A model generated the notes under the pieces. It had not been told where the DNA came from and made no database searches. It worked only from the letters and a program-made list of their open reading frames with translations. A program made the translations under genes and the position numbers. A stretch of DNA of 64,000 bases from Longimicrobiales bacterium (GTDB lineage: Bacteria; Gemmatimonadota; Gemmatimonadetes; Longimicrobiales; Gaopeijiaceae), in NCBI GenBank assembly GCA_965226375.1, contig CBDDCX010000008.1, positions 1,632,001 to 1,696,000 on the forward strand, written 5' to 3'. Position 1 is the stretch's first letter; each line of letters starts with the position of its first letter. Shown one piece after another: positions 9,529 through 18,995 of the stretch.

Positions 9529-11099
9529 TACCCCGATGCCTCTAGGTCGGCATCCCGGAACGGGCCCGATTGAGCAATCGCCAAGGAGATGGCCTTCCGA
9601 AGAACGTCCGGCTCGACGGGCTTTGCCAGGAAGACACCCCTCTGCCGCAGGCCCTCGTGCCGGTCGAGCGCTCGCTCACCGAGTCGCGACGTAAAGATCA
9701 CCGGCAGAGAGGCGAGGTCGAACAACGCCTTCAGGCCGCCCTCGTCGAGACGGCCCACGTCGACGATGAGCAAATGGAAGGCGGGGTTAGGACCCTCGAG
9801 GGTGGGCAGCCATTCCGCCAACCGCTTGGCCACGACCACCGAATGTCCGTCGCGCACGAGAGACCGCTCGAGAACTCCGCCAGCCAGGGCATCGTCGTCG
9901 TCGATCAAGATGCGAAGGCGTCGCCTCGACCCCTTCGCCTCCGCCACAGGGGCCGCCTCTTCGACAGGTACCACGGCAACTCCTTCACACGGAAGGTAGA
10001 CGTGGAACGTGCAACCCTCGCCATCACCACTCTCAACGGTGAGCCCTCCACCACAGCTTTGTACGATTCGGTGCACAGTCCACAGGCCGAAGCCCGCTCC
10101 ACGATCCCGTTTCGTCGTGTAGTGCCGTTGGAACAATCGAGGTCGATCGTCTGTCGCAATCCCCGAGCCACCGTCCGCGACCACGAGGTGCACGTATCGC
10201 CCGGCTGGGAGCACCCCGCCTTCCACCGACATCGGAGAATAGAGCTCGGCGTTCATGGATCCGATCGTGACCTCTCCGCCCCGGGGCATGGCGTCCTTGG
10301 CATTCATGATCAGGTTGAAGATCACCTGTTCCACCTGGACGGGATCGCATTCGGCGAGCCAGAGATCCTCCTCTGAGCGGACATTGAGACGGATGCCCTT
10401 ACCGAGCACCCGGGCCAGAATAGGCTCGAGGCCCCGTGCCAACGTAGAAACATGCACCGCCCCGGCTGCTCCGCGTTGACGCGTCGAGAACTCGAGGATC
10501 TGCTTGACCAAGGCGGAACCACGAGCAGCGGCGCCCTCCACGATCCTGAGGTTCGCCCGGCTCACCCCCGACAGACCCTCCTCTTCCGCCACCAATGGGG
10601 CCGTTGCCAGAATCGTATTGAGCAGGTCACTGAAATCGGTCGCCACCTCGGCCAGGAGAACTCCCAGGGACTCCATCCGCTGGGCGCGCCATAGACGCTC
10701 CTCCAAGCGGGCTACCTCCTCACGGTTATCGGTGACGTCGTGCACCACGCCGAAGGACCGGATCGGAACTCCGGGAAGCACCGTGAGATCCTCCCGAAGC
10801 CAGCGGATGTCCCCGTTCGGGGCGACTACGCGATACTCGACGGATCGGGCATCGCCTTCCTCCAGCGACCCCAAGGCAGATGCCAGTGCCTCAGCGTCCT
10901 CCGGATGAACGCACCGTTGCCAGAGTCCCGGAGTTCGTTCAAACGAGAATTGGTCGAGGCCCGTGATGGCCTGCAGCGCCCCACCGACGAAGAGGACCCT
11001 GGGTTCCTCACCGAGACTCCGCAGCGTAACGACATATCCGTCACCCGGCAGGTGTGAAGAGACCAGCTTCAGAACTTGTTGAAAGCGGCTTGTCGGCAC
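9528..11099 (-). CDS. PAS-domain hybrid histidine kinase-like protein lacking the H-box His
   Basis: PAS (VHPED...EYR...IRWL), HisKA-like EVATDFSDLL, N-box QVIFNLIMNAKDAM, G1 DGGSGI, G2 GAGFGL, degenerate receiver. Confidence 0.85.
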   Translation of the reverse strand: MPTSRFQQVLKLVSSHLPGDGYVVTLRSLGEEPRVLFVGGALQAITGLDQFSFERTPGLWQRCVHPEDAEALASALGSLEEGDARSVEYRVVAPNGDIRWLREDLTVLPGVPIRSFGVVHDVTDNREEVARLEERLWRAQRMESLGVLLAEVATDFSDLLNTILATAPLVAEEEGLSGVSRANLRIVEGAAARGSALVKQILEFSTRQRGAAGAVHVSTLARGLEPILARVLGKGIRLNVRSEEDLWLAECDPVQVEQVIFNLIMNAKDAMPRGGEVTIGSMNAELYSPMSVEGGVLPAGRYVHLVVADGGSGIATDDRPRLFQRHYTTKRDRGAGFGLWTVHRIVQSCGGGLTVESGDGEGCTFHVYLPCEGVAVVPVEEAAPVAEAKGSRRRLRILIDDDDALAGGVLERSLVRDGHSVVVAKRLAEWLPTLEGPNPAFHLLIVDVGRLDEGGLKALFDLASLPVIFTSRLGERALDRHEGLRQRGVFLAKPVEPDVLRKAISLAIAQSGPFRDADLEASG

Positions 11100-11212
11100 G
11101 CTCGAAATCTCCCAGATATCCTGAACCGGCGCACCCTAGGGGGGGATGTCTAAGTTAGGAAGAGCCAAGGCGACCTCGCCAGGGTTTTGGCCGTCCCAAG
11201 CCACCAGCGGAC

Positions 11213-12961
11213 TCAGCGTGGCGTGAGTCTGCGCCCCAGGGCACGAGTGATGAAGCGGACTCGGTCACGCAGTGGCAGTCGATGTAGATTCGTCTGCACG
11301 ATGCCCCGAGTGAAGTGCGTCTTTTGCGAATAGTCGATCGCCACGTCGACGATGACGGCTCGGCCGGCCGACGCCCGATCACGGGCGTCGGCCACCGCGG
11401 CCTTCACTGCCTGATCGTCGGAGAGGGCAATGAAGTCCACGCCCATCCCGCGTGCGAGGCCTTCCAGGTCGTAGTCGGGCAGCTCGCTCGCGACTTTGCG
11501 GTTCATGGCGGTGGACTGGAACTGAGCGATCTGAGCCAACTCCCTGTCCCTGAGTACGAAGGCCATCACGCCGAGACCGAGTTGTGCCGCGGTCAACAAC
11601 TCGAGACCCGTCATCAGAAAAGCCCCGTCCCCCGCCAGTGCCACCACGGGGCATTCCGGGCGGGCCAGCTTGGCCCCTACGGCGGCAGGCACCGAGTAAC
11701 CCATGCACGAGTAGTCCACCGGAGCCAAGAACTTGCCGGGGCCGGGGAGGCGTAGTGCCTCCATGGCCAAGAACGTCCCGTTGCCGCTATCGGTCGTGAA
11801 GATCGTTTCAGGGCCCAGCACAGACTGGAGTGTGGTGAGGAGGTGCTGCGGATTGACTAGCCCGCCGTCGAGTCGCGCCTGCCATTCACGGCGGATATCA
11901 CCGTGCCCTTCTTCGATCTGATGCCGGAGATCAACCGCTCGAGGGCGCGCGACGCCCTTGAGCCCGGCCAGAATCGAATCGAGGTAGACGAGTGCGTCGG
12001 CAACGATGGGCAACTCTGCCGGGAAGTTCCGCCCGGGCACCTCGGGATCGATATCGACATGGATCAGCGGTCCGGGAACCGTCAGGCCGTAGCTTCCGGT
12101 GCCCACTTCACTGAAGCGGCATCCGACCGCGATCATCATGTCGCAGGCCGCCGCCACCTGCTGGGCGAACCGGGGGGCCGCGCGCCCGAATCCGGGCCAC
12201 AGGAAGAGCGGGTGGTCCTCGGGAAACACTCCTTTGCCCTGGATGGTGGTGGCCACGGGGGCCTCGAGCGCCTCCGCCAGTTTCAACACCTCGTCGGCGG
12301 CACCCGCAGCTCCAGCACCCACGTAGATCAGGGGGCACCTTGAGCCACGGATCAACTCGATGGATTGCACCACCTCTTCATGTGTGGGATGGGGCGGGGA
12401 CTCCATGGAAGGTTCCACCCAACGTTCGGGCGACCCGGCGTCGCCCACCTCCTGCTTTAGCAGGTACAGGTTGGCCGGCACCTCAACGAACACCGGACCC
12501 GGCACCCCAGACCGCGCTAGGCGACAGGCCTCTCGGATAGTCGGATATATCTCGTCTCCCGACATCGGGCGGAAGACGCCCTTGGTAACCGCGGAGACCA
12601 TGGCCGCCTGGTCCACGTCGTGGAGCTGATAAGCCTTGGCCATGCCTCTGCGGATTCCACAGCCGAGCACCAACATGGGAACGTTATCCAGAAACGCCTC
12701 TGCGATCCCCGACATCGCATGGGTCAGGCCGGCGCCGGGAACGACGTTGACGCAGGTCATCCGACCCGAAGCCCGCCAGGCCCCGTCTGCCATGAACGAG
12801 GCGCTCTGCTCGTCGGTAACCAGGATGGGCCGGACGGTATCCGAAGAGCCCAGGACATCGTAAAGCTCGATGTTGTGGGTCCCGGGAATGCCGAAGGCGA
12901 ACCCGATCTGCTCGTCCTCGAGAGCACGCACCACCATGGACGCACCGGTCCGCTTGCTCAT
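11213..12961 (-). CDS. Thiamine-diphosphate-binding enzyme (acetolactate synthase-like family)
   Basis: FGIPGTHN, DEQSASFMADG, MGYSVPAAVGAK, GDGAFLM. Confidence 0.88.
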   Translation of the reverse strand: MSKRTGASMVVRALEDEQIGFAFGIPGTHNIELYDVLGSSDTVRPILVTDEQSASFMADGAWRASGRMTCVNVVPGAGLTHAMSGIAEAFLDNVPMLVLGCGIRRGMAKAYQLHDVDQAAMVSAVTKGVFRPMSGDEIYPTIREACRLARSGVPGPVFVEVPANLYLLKQEVGDAGSPERWVEPSMESPPHPTHEEVVQSIELIRGSRCPLIYVGAGAAGAADEVLKLAEALEAPVATTIQGKGVFPEDHPLFLWPGFGRAAPRFAQQVAAACDMMIAVGCRFSEVGTGSYGLTVPGPLIHVDIDPEVPGRNFPAELPIVADALVYLDSILAGLKGVARPRAVDLRHQIEEGHGDIRREWQARLDGGLVNPQHLLTTLQSVLGPETIFTTDSGNGTFLAMEALRLPGPGKFLAPVDYSCMGYSVPAAVGAKLARPECPVVALAGDGAFLMTGLELLTAAQLGLGVMAFVLRDRELAQIAQFQSTAMNRKVASELPDYDLEGLARGMGVDFIALSDDQAVKAAVADARDRASAGRAVIVDVAIDYSQKTHFTRGIVQTNLHRLPLRDRVRFITRALGRRLTPR

Positions 12962-13903
12962 CCGATCCTCCGGTCTTGCAGTATTCCCTCGGCGACCCGG
13001 TCGGCGAGAGCCATCACCGTCAGGTATGGATTGATCTCCACCGAGTCGGGGAAGAGACTAGAATCCGCCACGCGGAGCCAGGGCATACCGTGCACGCGCC
13101 CCCACGAGTCGGTCACCGACTCCGACGCATTGCGGCCCATTCCGCATCCTCCCATGAGGTGTGCGGCGGCCACGGAGGTCTTGCCGAGAACGAAGTGACG
13201 AGGGTGGATACGTTCATCCAGGCGACCGGCGTCGGCCGCATCGATCAGGGGCGGATCAGCGGGAGGAGCGTGTACTCGCAGCGCACCCGCTCCAAAGAAG
13301 ATCCGTGCGGCTGCCCGCGTAGCACGCGTCATCCCCTCCACGACGGCGTCCGTAAAGCCGTAGTGCACGACCGCCTTTCCGTCGGTATCCACCGTGATTC
13401 GGTTCGCCTCCGTGGCCTTGTCGGCCGCCAGGACCAGGATCATCTGGAGCCTCGAAAACGCTCGCATGAACGCCGAGTGGTCGGCGCCGAAGCCCGTCAG
13501 GTTCTTCGCGGTGACGAACGGGAAGTACATACACGTCTCCAGGATCCACCCCTCTTCATGTGCTCGGTCGACGTAGTAGCTCTTGGGGTGACCGACATCG
13601 TTCGTAATGTCACGGGAGTGCTCCCCGACCAGAATGAAGGCCGGGTGGCACGTGAATCCGTGGCCCAACCGGGGAAGCACCGAACCGAAGCCCGACCTGA
13701 GCAGAAGGGCGCTCGAACCGATGGATCCTCCGGCGGCAACGATCGTGTTCGCCTCTACGCGGTACTCCCCCGGGGCCCACTCGGACGGTTGCCCCATGGC
13801 GCCGGAAGGCTTCTCCGAGACCCGGATCACCACCGAGCGCTCCTCTATTGAGAGCGCCTCTGCACGGGTCACGATCTCCACGCCTCCCCGCTCGGCGGCG
13901 GGC
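12958..13903 (-). pseudogene. GMC oxidoreductase, 5'-truncated
   Basis: AAGGSIGSSALLLRS, AHLMGGCGMG, VADSSLFP...NPYLTVMALA present; N-terminal GxGxxG FAD motif absent. Confidence 0.8.
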
Positions 13904-14060
13904 TCGAGGCCGCCTACGTCATCGACGTCGCACCGACTTCCTAGGGACCGGCGAGACGCCGGCGGGGGGTCGGTAACCACGACCCGCGGTGACCTCTTGC
14001 CCGCTCCGGCGTCCCATCGAATGTTTCCGTGACTCCGCCCCTTAATTCGAGCGAACTTTC

Positions 14061-16709
14061 GTGCCCGACCAGACGACCAGACTGAACGCCGCCCTCGAAG
14101 GGCGCTACAGCATAGTGCGTGAACTCGGTGAGGGCGGTATGGCGACCGTCTATCTGGCCGACGACCTAAAACATGAGCGAAAGGTCGCGCTCAAGGTTCT
14201 CAAACCAGAACTTGCCGCCGTCGTCGGAGCCGAACGATTCCTGGCTGAAATCAAGACGACCGCGAATCTCCAGCATCCGCACATCCTTCCGCTTTTCGAT
14301 TCGGGGGAGGCGGACTCATTCCTCTTCTATGTCATGCCGTATCACGAGGGGGAGACGCTCGCCGAGCGGATTGAACGAGACAAGCAGCTGCCGATCGACG
14401 AGGCCGTGGGCATCGCGACTTCCGTCGCGGCGGCGCTACAGCACGCACATGACCGAGGTGTGATCCACCGGGACATCAAGCCGGCGAACATCTTGCTTCA
14501 GGATGGCCAGCCGGTTGTCGCCGACTTCGGAATCGCGCTCGCTGTCGGAGCAGCGGGCGGGAGCCGACTCACCGAGACGGGCCTTTCGGTGGGCACGCCC
14601 TTCTACATGTCGCCCGAGCAAGCGACGGGGGACCAGGCGGTCGGGCCGGCCAGCGACACGTACTCTCTGGCCGCACTGCTCTATGAAATCCTGACCGGCG
14701 ACCCGCCCTACATCGGAAGCACGGCCCAGGCCGTTCTTGGAAAGATCATCCAGGGCGCGCCCGTTTCGGCAACGGCGATTCGTACGTCGATTCCCGCTAA
14801 CGTCGATGCGGCGCTTCGAAAGGCGCTGGAGAAGCTGCCCGCTGATCGATTCACCGGCGCCAACGAGTTCGCGCCTGCCCTCACCGACCCGAGCTTTCGA
14901 CACGGGGGCGAGCTCGTGTCGAGCGAGGTCGGCAAGAGGGCCAACCGACTCACCGCCGCGATGGCCGGGCTCGCCGCGGTCTTCGCCCTCATCTCCGCCT
15001 GGTCGCTCACCCGTCCCGAAGCGCCGGGGCCTGTTCGTCGCTACTCCCTGGCCGTGACCGAGGACCAGTTCCCCAGCGAGTGGATGAGCCTTTCGGCGGA
15101 TGGCTCGGCCATGGTCATGACCTACTTCGACGAGAGGAACCTGCCTCGGCTCTGGCTGCGCCGCTGGGCGGAACTGGCTTCCACAGCGGTGCAGGGTGCG
15201 GAGGGTTCGGCCGTAGACCCGATCATTTCCCCAGACGGCAGCGAAGTCGCGTTCATGGAGGGGGGGCAGCTCAAGGTCTCGCCGCTGGGCGGCGGAATCG
15301 TTCGGATTCTTGCCGAGGCCGCGGGGTGCTGCGCCCGGTGGGGATCGGATGGCTTTGTCTACTTCGCCGGGCCCGAGAACACGATCCAGCGCGTGCCGAT
15401 CGGGGGTGGGGAGGTAGAGGACATCACGACACGCCGTCCCGAGAATGACGACGAGCACGGTTACTTCCAGGTACTTCCCGACGGCGACTCGGGGGTGTTC
15501 TCTGTTTTTACGACGCCGCCACGTTTGGAGTCATATCGGATTTCGACGGGCGAGCGGAAGGTGATCACGACTGGACTACGAGGATACGTGACGTCTACCG
15601 GGCATCTGGTCTTCGGGACGCTGGAAGGTCAGATCCTGGCAGCTCCCTTCGACTCCGACGCCATGGAACTCACCGGCGACCCCGTCCCGCTCGTTCAAGG
15701 GGTGGGGGTCAGCTCGAGCCAGGACGTGATGTTCACGTTGTCCGACAACGGTACACTTCTCTACTGGTCCGCTCCGGCGAGCGCCGCTGAGAGCGAGATG
15801 ATCTGGGTGTCCCGATCTGGTGACGTAACGCCGGTGGATCCGGACTTCACCTTCAACCCGGGTGGTGACAATCATTGGTGGAGGCTGTCGCCGGACGGTG
15901 AAAGGGTAGCCTACCAGGACAATATCGCGTCGGGGGGTGATGTCTGGATCAAGACCCTGGACCGGGGCCCCGTTTCCCGGCTTACATTCCACGCTGGTCC
16001 GGACCGCGCGCCGATTTGGTCGCCGGACGGCCAGTCCGTGATCTTCCTGTCCAACCGCGACGGAGATGGTGCCGATGTGTGGACTCGACGTGCGGATGGT
16101 ATCGGAGAGCCGACGCTCCTGATGGCGCTGGACCGCAGTCCGGTGTCCTTGGCAATAACACCGGACGGGGAGCGACTTGTCTTTCGCACGACCGGATCGC
16201 CAAGCCGGGATATTCTCACCCAGAAGTCCGGGGAGGAGGAGGCCTTGCCTGTAGCGGCCTCGGCGAACTTCGCCGAGCTCGGGCCGGCGATCTCGCCCGA
16301 TGGCCGATGGATCGCATACTCGTCGAACGAAACCGGTGCGCCCCAGGTGTACGTCCGTCCCTTCCCCGACGTGGACGCGGGCCGCTGGCAAGTCTCCAAC
16401 GGTCAGGGCAGTGCACCGGTCTGGTCGAGAGATGGCAACGAGCTGTTCTTCTCGACGCAAGACGGGTTGACCGCGGCGCAGGTCGAGACGTCACCCAGCT
16501 TTCGAGTCATCGGGCATGAGCCCTTGTTCCGATTTCCTCCCGGGGTCAGGACGGGCGTCCCGCAAGGATGGTACGATGTTTCGCCGGACGGTCAGCGATT
16601 CTTGATGGCCCGTCCCACCCAGTTCGGAAACGACGGTGGCCAAGACAGCGTAGAGCTCATCCTGGTCGAGAACTTCTTCGAGGAGCTGAAGGCGCGGGTG
16701 CCCAACTAG
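14061..16709 (+). CDS. Hanks-type Ser/Thr protein kinase with TM helix and TolB-like (PD40) beta-propeller
   Basis: LGEGGMATVY, VALK, HRDIKPAN, DFG, YMSPEQ; repeated SPDG motifs. Confidence 0.93.
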   Translation: MPDQTTRLNAALEGRYSIVRELGEGGMATVYLADDLKHERKVALKVLKPELAAVVGAERFLAEIKTTANLQHPHILPLFDSGEADSFLFYVMPYHEGETLAERIERDKQLPIDEAVGIATSVAAALQHAHDRGVIHRDIKPANILLQDGQPVVADFGIALAVGAAGGSRLTETGLSVGTPFYMSPEQATGDQAVGPASDTYSLAALLYEILTGDPPYIGSTAQAVLGKIIQGAPVSATAIRTSIPANVDAALRKALEKLPADRFTGANEFAPALTDPSFRHGGELVSSEVGKRANRLTAAMAGLAAVFALISAWSLTRPEAPGPVRRYSLAVTEDQFPSEWMSLSADGSAMVMTYFDERNLPRLWLRRWAELASTAVQGAEGSAVDPIISPDGSEVAFMEGGQLKVSPLGGGIVRILAEAAGCCARWGSDGFVYFAGPENTIQRVPIGGGEVEDITTRRPENDDEHGYFQVLPDGDSGVFSVFTTPPRLESYRISTGERKVITTGLRGYVTSTGHLVFGTLEGQILAAPFDSDAMELTGDPVPLVQGVGVSSSQDVMFTLSDNGTLLYWSAPASAAESEMIWVSRSGDVTPVDPDFTFNPGGDNHWWRLSPDGERVAYQDNIASGGDVWIKTLDRGPVSRLTFHAGPDRAPIWSPDGQSVIFLSNRDGDGADVWTRRADGIGEPTLLMALDRSPVSLAITPDGERLVFRTTGSPSRDILTQKSGEEEALPVAASANFAELGPAISPDGRWIAYSSNETGAPQVYVRPFPDVDAGRWQVSNGQGSAPVWSRDGNELFFSTQDGLTAAQVETSPSFRVIGHEPLFRFPPGVRTGVPQGWYDVSPDGQRFLMARPTQFGNDGGQDSVELILVENFFEELKARVPN

Positions 16710-16754
16710 AGGCGTGGGATTCCGACAAGCCCTACCTGCCCCAGTAGCGACTTC

Positions 16755-17786
16755 CTACCGCAGTAGCGACTTCGCGACCATCGCGTGCACTCCCACGTTT
16801 CCGTCCACCAACTCCGTGATCCGCAAATCGACCGCCATGGAGACCACCGAGTACGCCTCTCCGCTCGTGAGATCGAGTCGCTCCTGCAGGAACTCCACCG
16901 TCTCGCGAATCGCGATCTCGGTGGCATCCTCGAGGTCTGGAGCGAAGCCCATGAGGATGTGGTGGGTGGGAGTTTCAGCGCGGGGCCAATCGAGCGTCTG
17001 GTCCTTCAACACCGTGAACTGAAGCCTCCCGCGAAGTGACGTCTCGAGGCCGGTCTGGTCCACCTCCCCGTCACCCTGCGCGGCGTGTCCGTCGCCCACC
17101 TCGAAAAGCGCCCCGGCCACCCAAACCGGAATGAAAAGTGTGGTTCCGGCCACCAATTCCTTGTTGTCCATGTTGCCGGCATGGCGCCCAGGGGGATTAC
17201 TACTCACCCTGCCCGAGTCGGGTGGAGGGGCGACGCCCATGCTTCCGAAGAAGGGATGGAGCGCTACGGTCACTCCGGGAGCGATTTCGGCCCGACCCTG
17301 CTCGCGGTCGATCCGGATGAGGCGGGAACGACGGTCCTCGTCACAAAGTGAACGGACGAATCCGGAACATCCGTTGTACCCGTAGTCGATCGAGTAGTCG
17401 ACCGAAAGAATTCGCACCTCCAACACGTCTCCAGGCTCCGCGCCCGCCACATGGATCGGACCCGTCAGGATATGGCCCCCCGGCCCCCGGTCCGTAACTT
17501 GATCGTAGATCGCGGCAAGCTCAGGCTGCACTTCGGCGGCAGGCAGTCCCATGCGGACGAGGCGCGCCGGGCTGCTTGTGAGCATGGTCGTCACCTCGAC
17601 CACGTCACCGGATTGCACGGTGAGTACTCCGGGCTTGGTGGGGTCGTAGTGTCCGAACGCCACGGTGGTCGGGCCGGCGAGAAGCCGATGCTGGGCCGGC
17701 CGTGTCTGGGCGTGGCCTTGGGCGGGGGGCGCCAAGCACATCAGCGCGACGACGTGGGCCGAGATCACAGGCTTAGAGGAGAGCAT
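16755..17786 (-). CDS. Exported acetamidase/formamidase family protein
   Basis: HILTGPIHVAGAEPGD, AGNMDNKEL, GDGHAAQGDGE; SD GGAAGG before MLSSK, then signal peptide. Confidence 0.88.
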   Translation of the reverse strand: MLSSKPVISAHVVALMCLAPPAQGHAQTRPAQHRLLAGPTTVAFGHYDPTKPGVLTVQSGDVVEVTTMLTSSPARLVRMGLPAAEVQPELAAIYDQVTDRGPGGHILTGPIHVAGAEPGDVLEVRILSVDYSIDYGYNGCSGFVRSLCDEDRRSRLIRIDREQGRAEIAPGVTVALHPFFGSMGVAPPPDSGRVSSNPPGRHAGNMDNKELVAGTTLFIPVWVAGALFEVGDGHAAQGDGEVDQTGLETSLRGRLQFTVLKDQTLDWPRAETPTHHILMGFAPDLEDATEIAIRETVEFLQERLDLTSGEAYSVVSMAVDLRITELVDGNVGVHAMVAKSLLR

Positions 17787-17990
17787 GGCTTTTCCTTCCG
17801 TCTGATCAGCGTCGGTGGGCCTTCCCCACCGGTCTCCGCTGGCAGCTTCATACAGGCTTGGAGGCCCAGTGACGATAGTCAAGCGACTCTTGGCCCTACG
17901 GGCCTTCGCCACCGAACTCCGCCACCGTCCGCGCCCCGCGTCGTCTCTGCGTACGAAACACTGGAGGCGTTCAGGCCGTAGAAGGAACGT

Positions 17991-18662
17991 ATGAAAGCTC
18001 AGACTAAACGTAAGCTCACGTTCCTGGGTGGTTTCGCCGTGTACTTCGGTGCGCTCTGGTTCCTGTGGGATACAGCCGCGATATATCCCTTGAAGGTCTT
18101 TGTCGTGTTGCTCCACGAGATCAGCCATGCCGTAGTGGCTGTTGCGACGGGCGGCACCATCGAACGCATCGTCCTGGACCCCAACCAGGGCGGGGCATGC
18201 TACTGCCCTGGCGGGAACGCCTTTGCGACCCTCTCCGCCGGGTACCTCGGCAGCCTGGCGTGGGGTGGCCTGCTCGTCACCGCCGCGCAGGCGAAACGCA
18301 TCAACAGCCGCTGGGTGGCGGGAGCCGCCGGGGTCTTGGTAGTCGCGCTCACCATCGCCTACGTCCGGAGCACGTTCGGGTTCGGGTTCGGGATCGCGTT
18401 TGGTCTGGCTCTGGTGATCGGGGCCGTAAAGCTATCGACGGCGGTCAATCAGGGAGTGCTGCTCACCCTTGGGCTGACCAGCTGTCTCTACGCCATCCTC
18501 GACATCAAGAGTGACATTCTGGACCGGCCGGAGCTCCAGTCCGACGCCGCGATGTTGGGCGACCTGACGGGGATACACACCGTGGTCTGGGGTAGCCTGT
18601 GGATTACGGTCGCAGTCCTGGCCAGCGCCTGGTTGTTCCACCGGTCGTATCGTAACGCCTGA
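17991..18662 (+). CDS. M50B-like membrane metallopeptidase
   Basis: HEISH, SAGYLG, SDA motifs and multiple TM helices. Confidence 0.88.
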   Translation: MKAQTKRKLTFLGGFAVYFGALWFLWDTAAIYPLKVFVVLLHEISHAVVAVATGGTIERIVLDPNQGGACYCPGGNAFATLSAGYLGSLAWGGLLVTAAQAKRINSRWVAGAAGVLVVALTIAYVRSTFGFGFGIAFGLALVIGAVKLSTAVNQGVLLTLGLTSCLYAILDIKSDILDRPELQSDAAMLGDLTGIHTVVWGSLWITVAVLASAWLFHRSYRNA

Positions 18663-18665
18663 CCG

Positions 18666-18681
18666 ACACCACATGTAGTGG
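18666..18681. promoter_or_regulatory. NrdR-box-like operator
   Basis: ACACCACATGTAGTGG matches the C.A.AT.T.G core of consensus acaCwAtATaTwGtgt; weak second copy 31 bp downstream. Confidence 0.45.
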
Positions 18682-18717
18682 TGTGACGGCGTGTTACACC
18701 CACCTGTCAGTTACTCG

Positions 18718-18746
18718 TTGATCTCACCGGCTCGGCCCCGTAGGTT
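18718..18746 (+). promoter_or_regulatory. Sigma70-type promoter
   Basis: TTGATC-N17-TAGGTT. Confidence 0.55.
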
Positions 18747-18872
18747 GCCGTTGACCTATGGACGGTCTTGGGCCGCCCCAGAATCCCAGAGAGGGACAAC
18801 GGACGCGGACCGCGGGTCCTCGAGCCCGCCGGCGATAAGCCCACAGTCGAACTGAAATGAGGAGGTGATCAA

Positions 18873-18935
18873 TTGTCTAGTCCATGTAGCCTGTCCAGCC
18901 TGGCAAGGGCAAGCGATCGCCGCTTCGGTTTGTAG
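18873..18935 (+). CDS. Candidate 20-aa micropeptide MSSPCSLSSLARASDRRFGL
   Basis: AGGAGGTGATC (18860-18870) immediately before TTG; lies between the promoter and terminator. Confidence 0.45.
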   Translation: MSSPCSLSSLARASDRRFGL

Positions 18936-18995
18936 GAAGCCGAATCGGCTTCAGCTGTTCGCGCCATCAGCGGCCATCGCGCCGGGTTGCGACAG

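Noticed and set aside
11213..12961. Assigning ilvB
   Set aside because: No regulatory subunit or ilv context; family-level call only.
18781..18845. Resemblance of GGACGC...GGGTC...GATAAGCC to a c-di-GMP-I riboswitch
   Set aside because: Lacks the GCAAA motifs and a clear GNRA-capped P2; cannot be supported without cmscan.
18860..18870. 16S rRNA 3'-end fragment on the minus strand
   Set aside because: Match is only 11 nt and the flanks are not rRNA-like; better explained as a Shine-Dalgarno.
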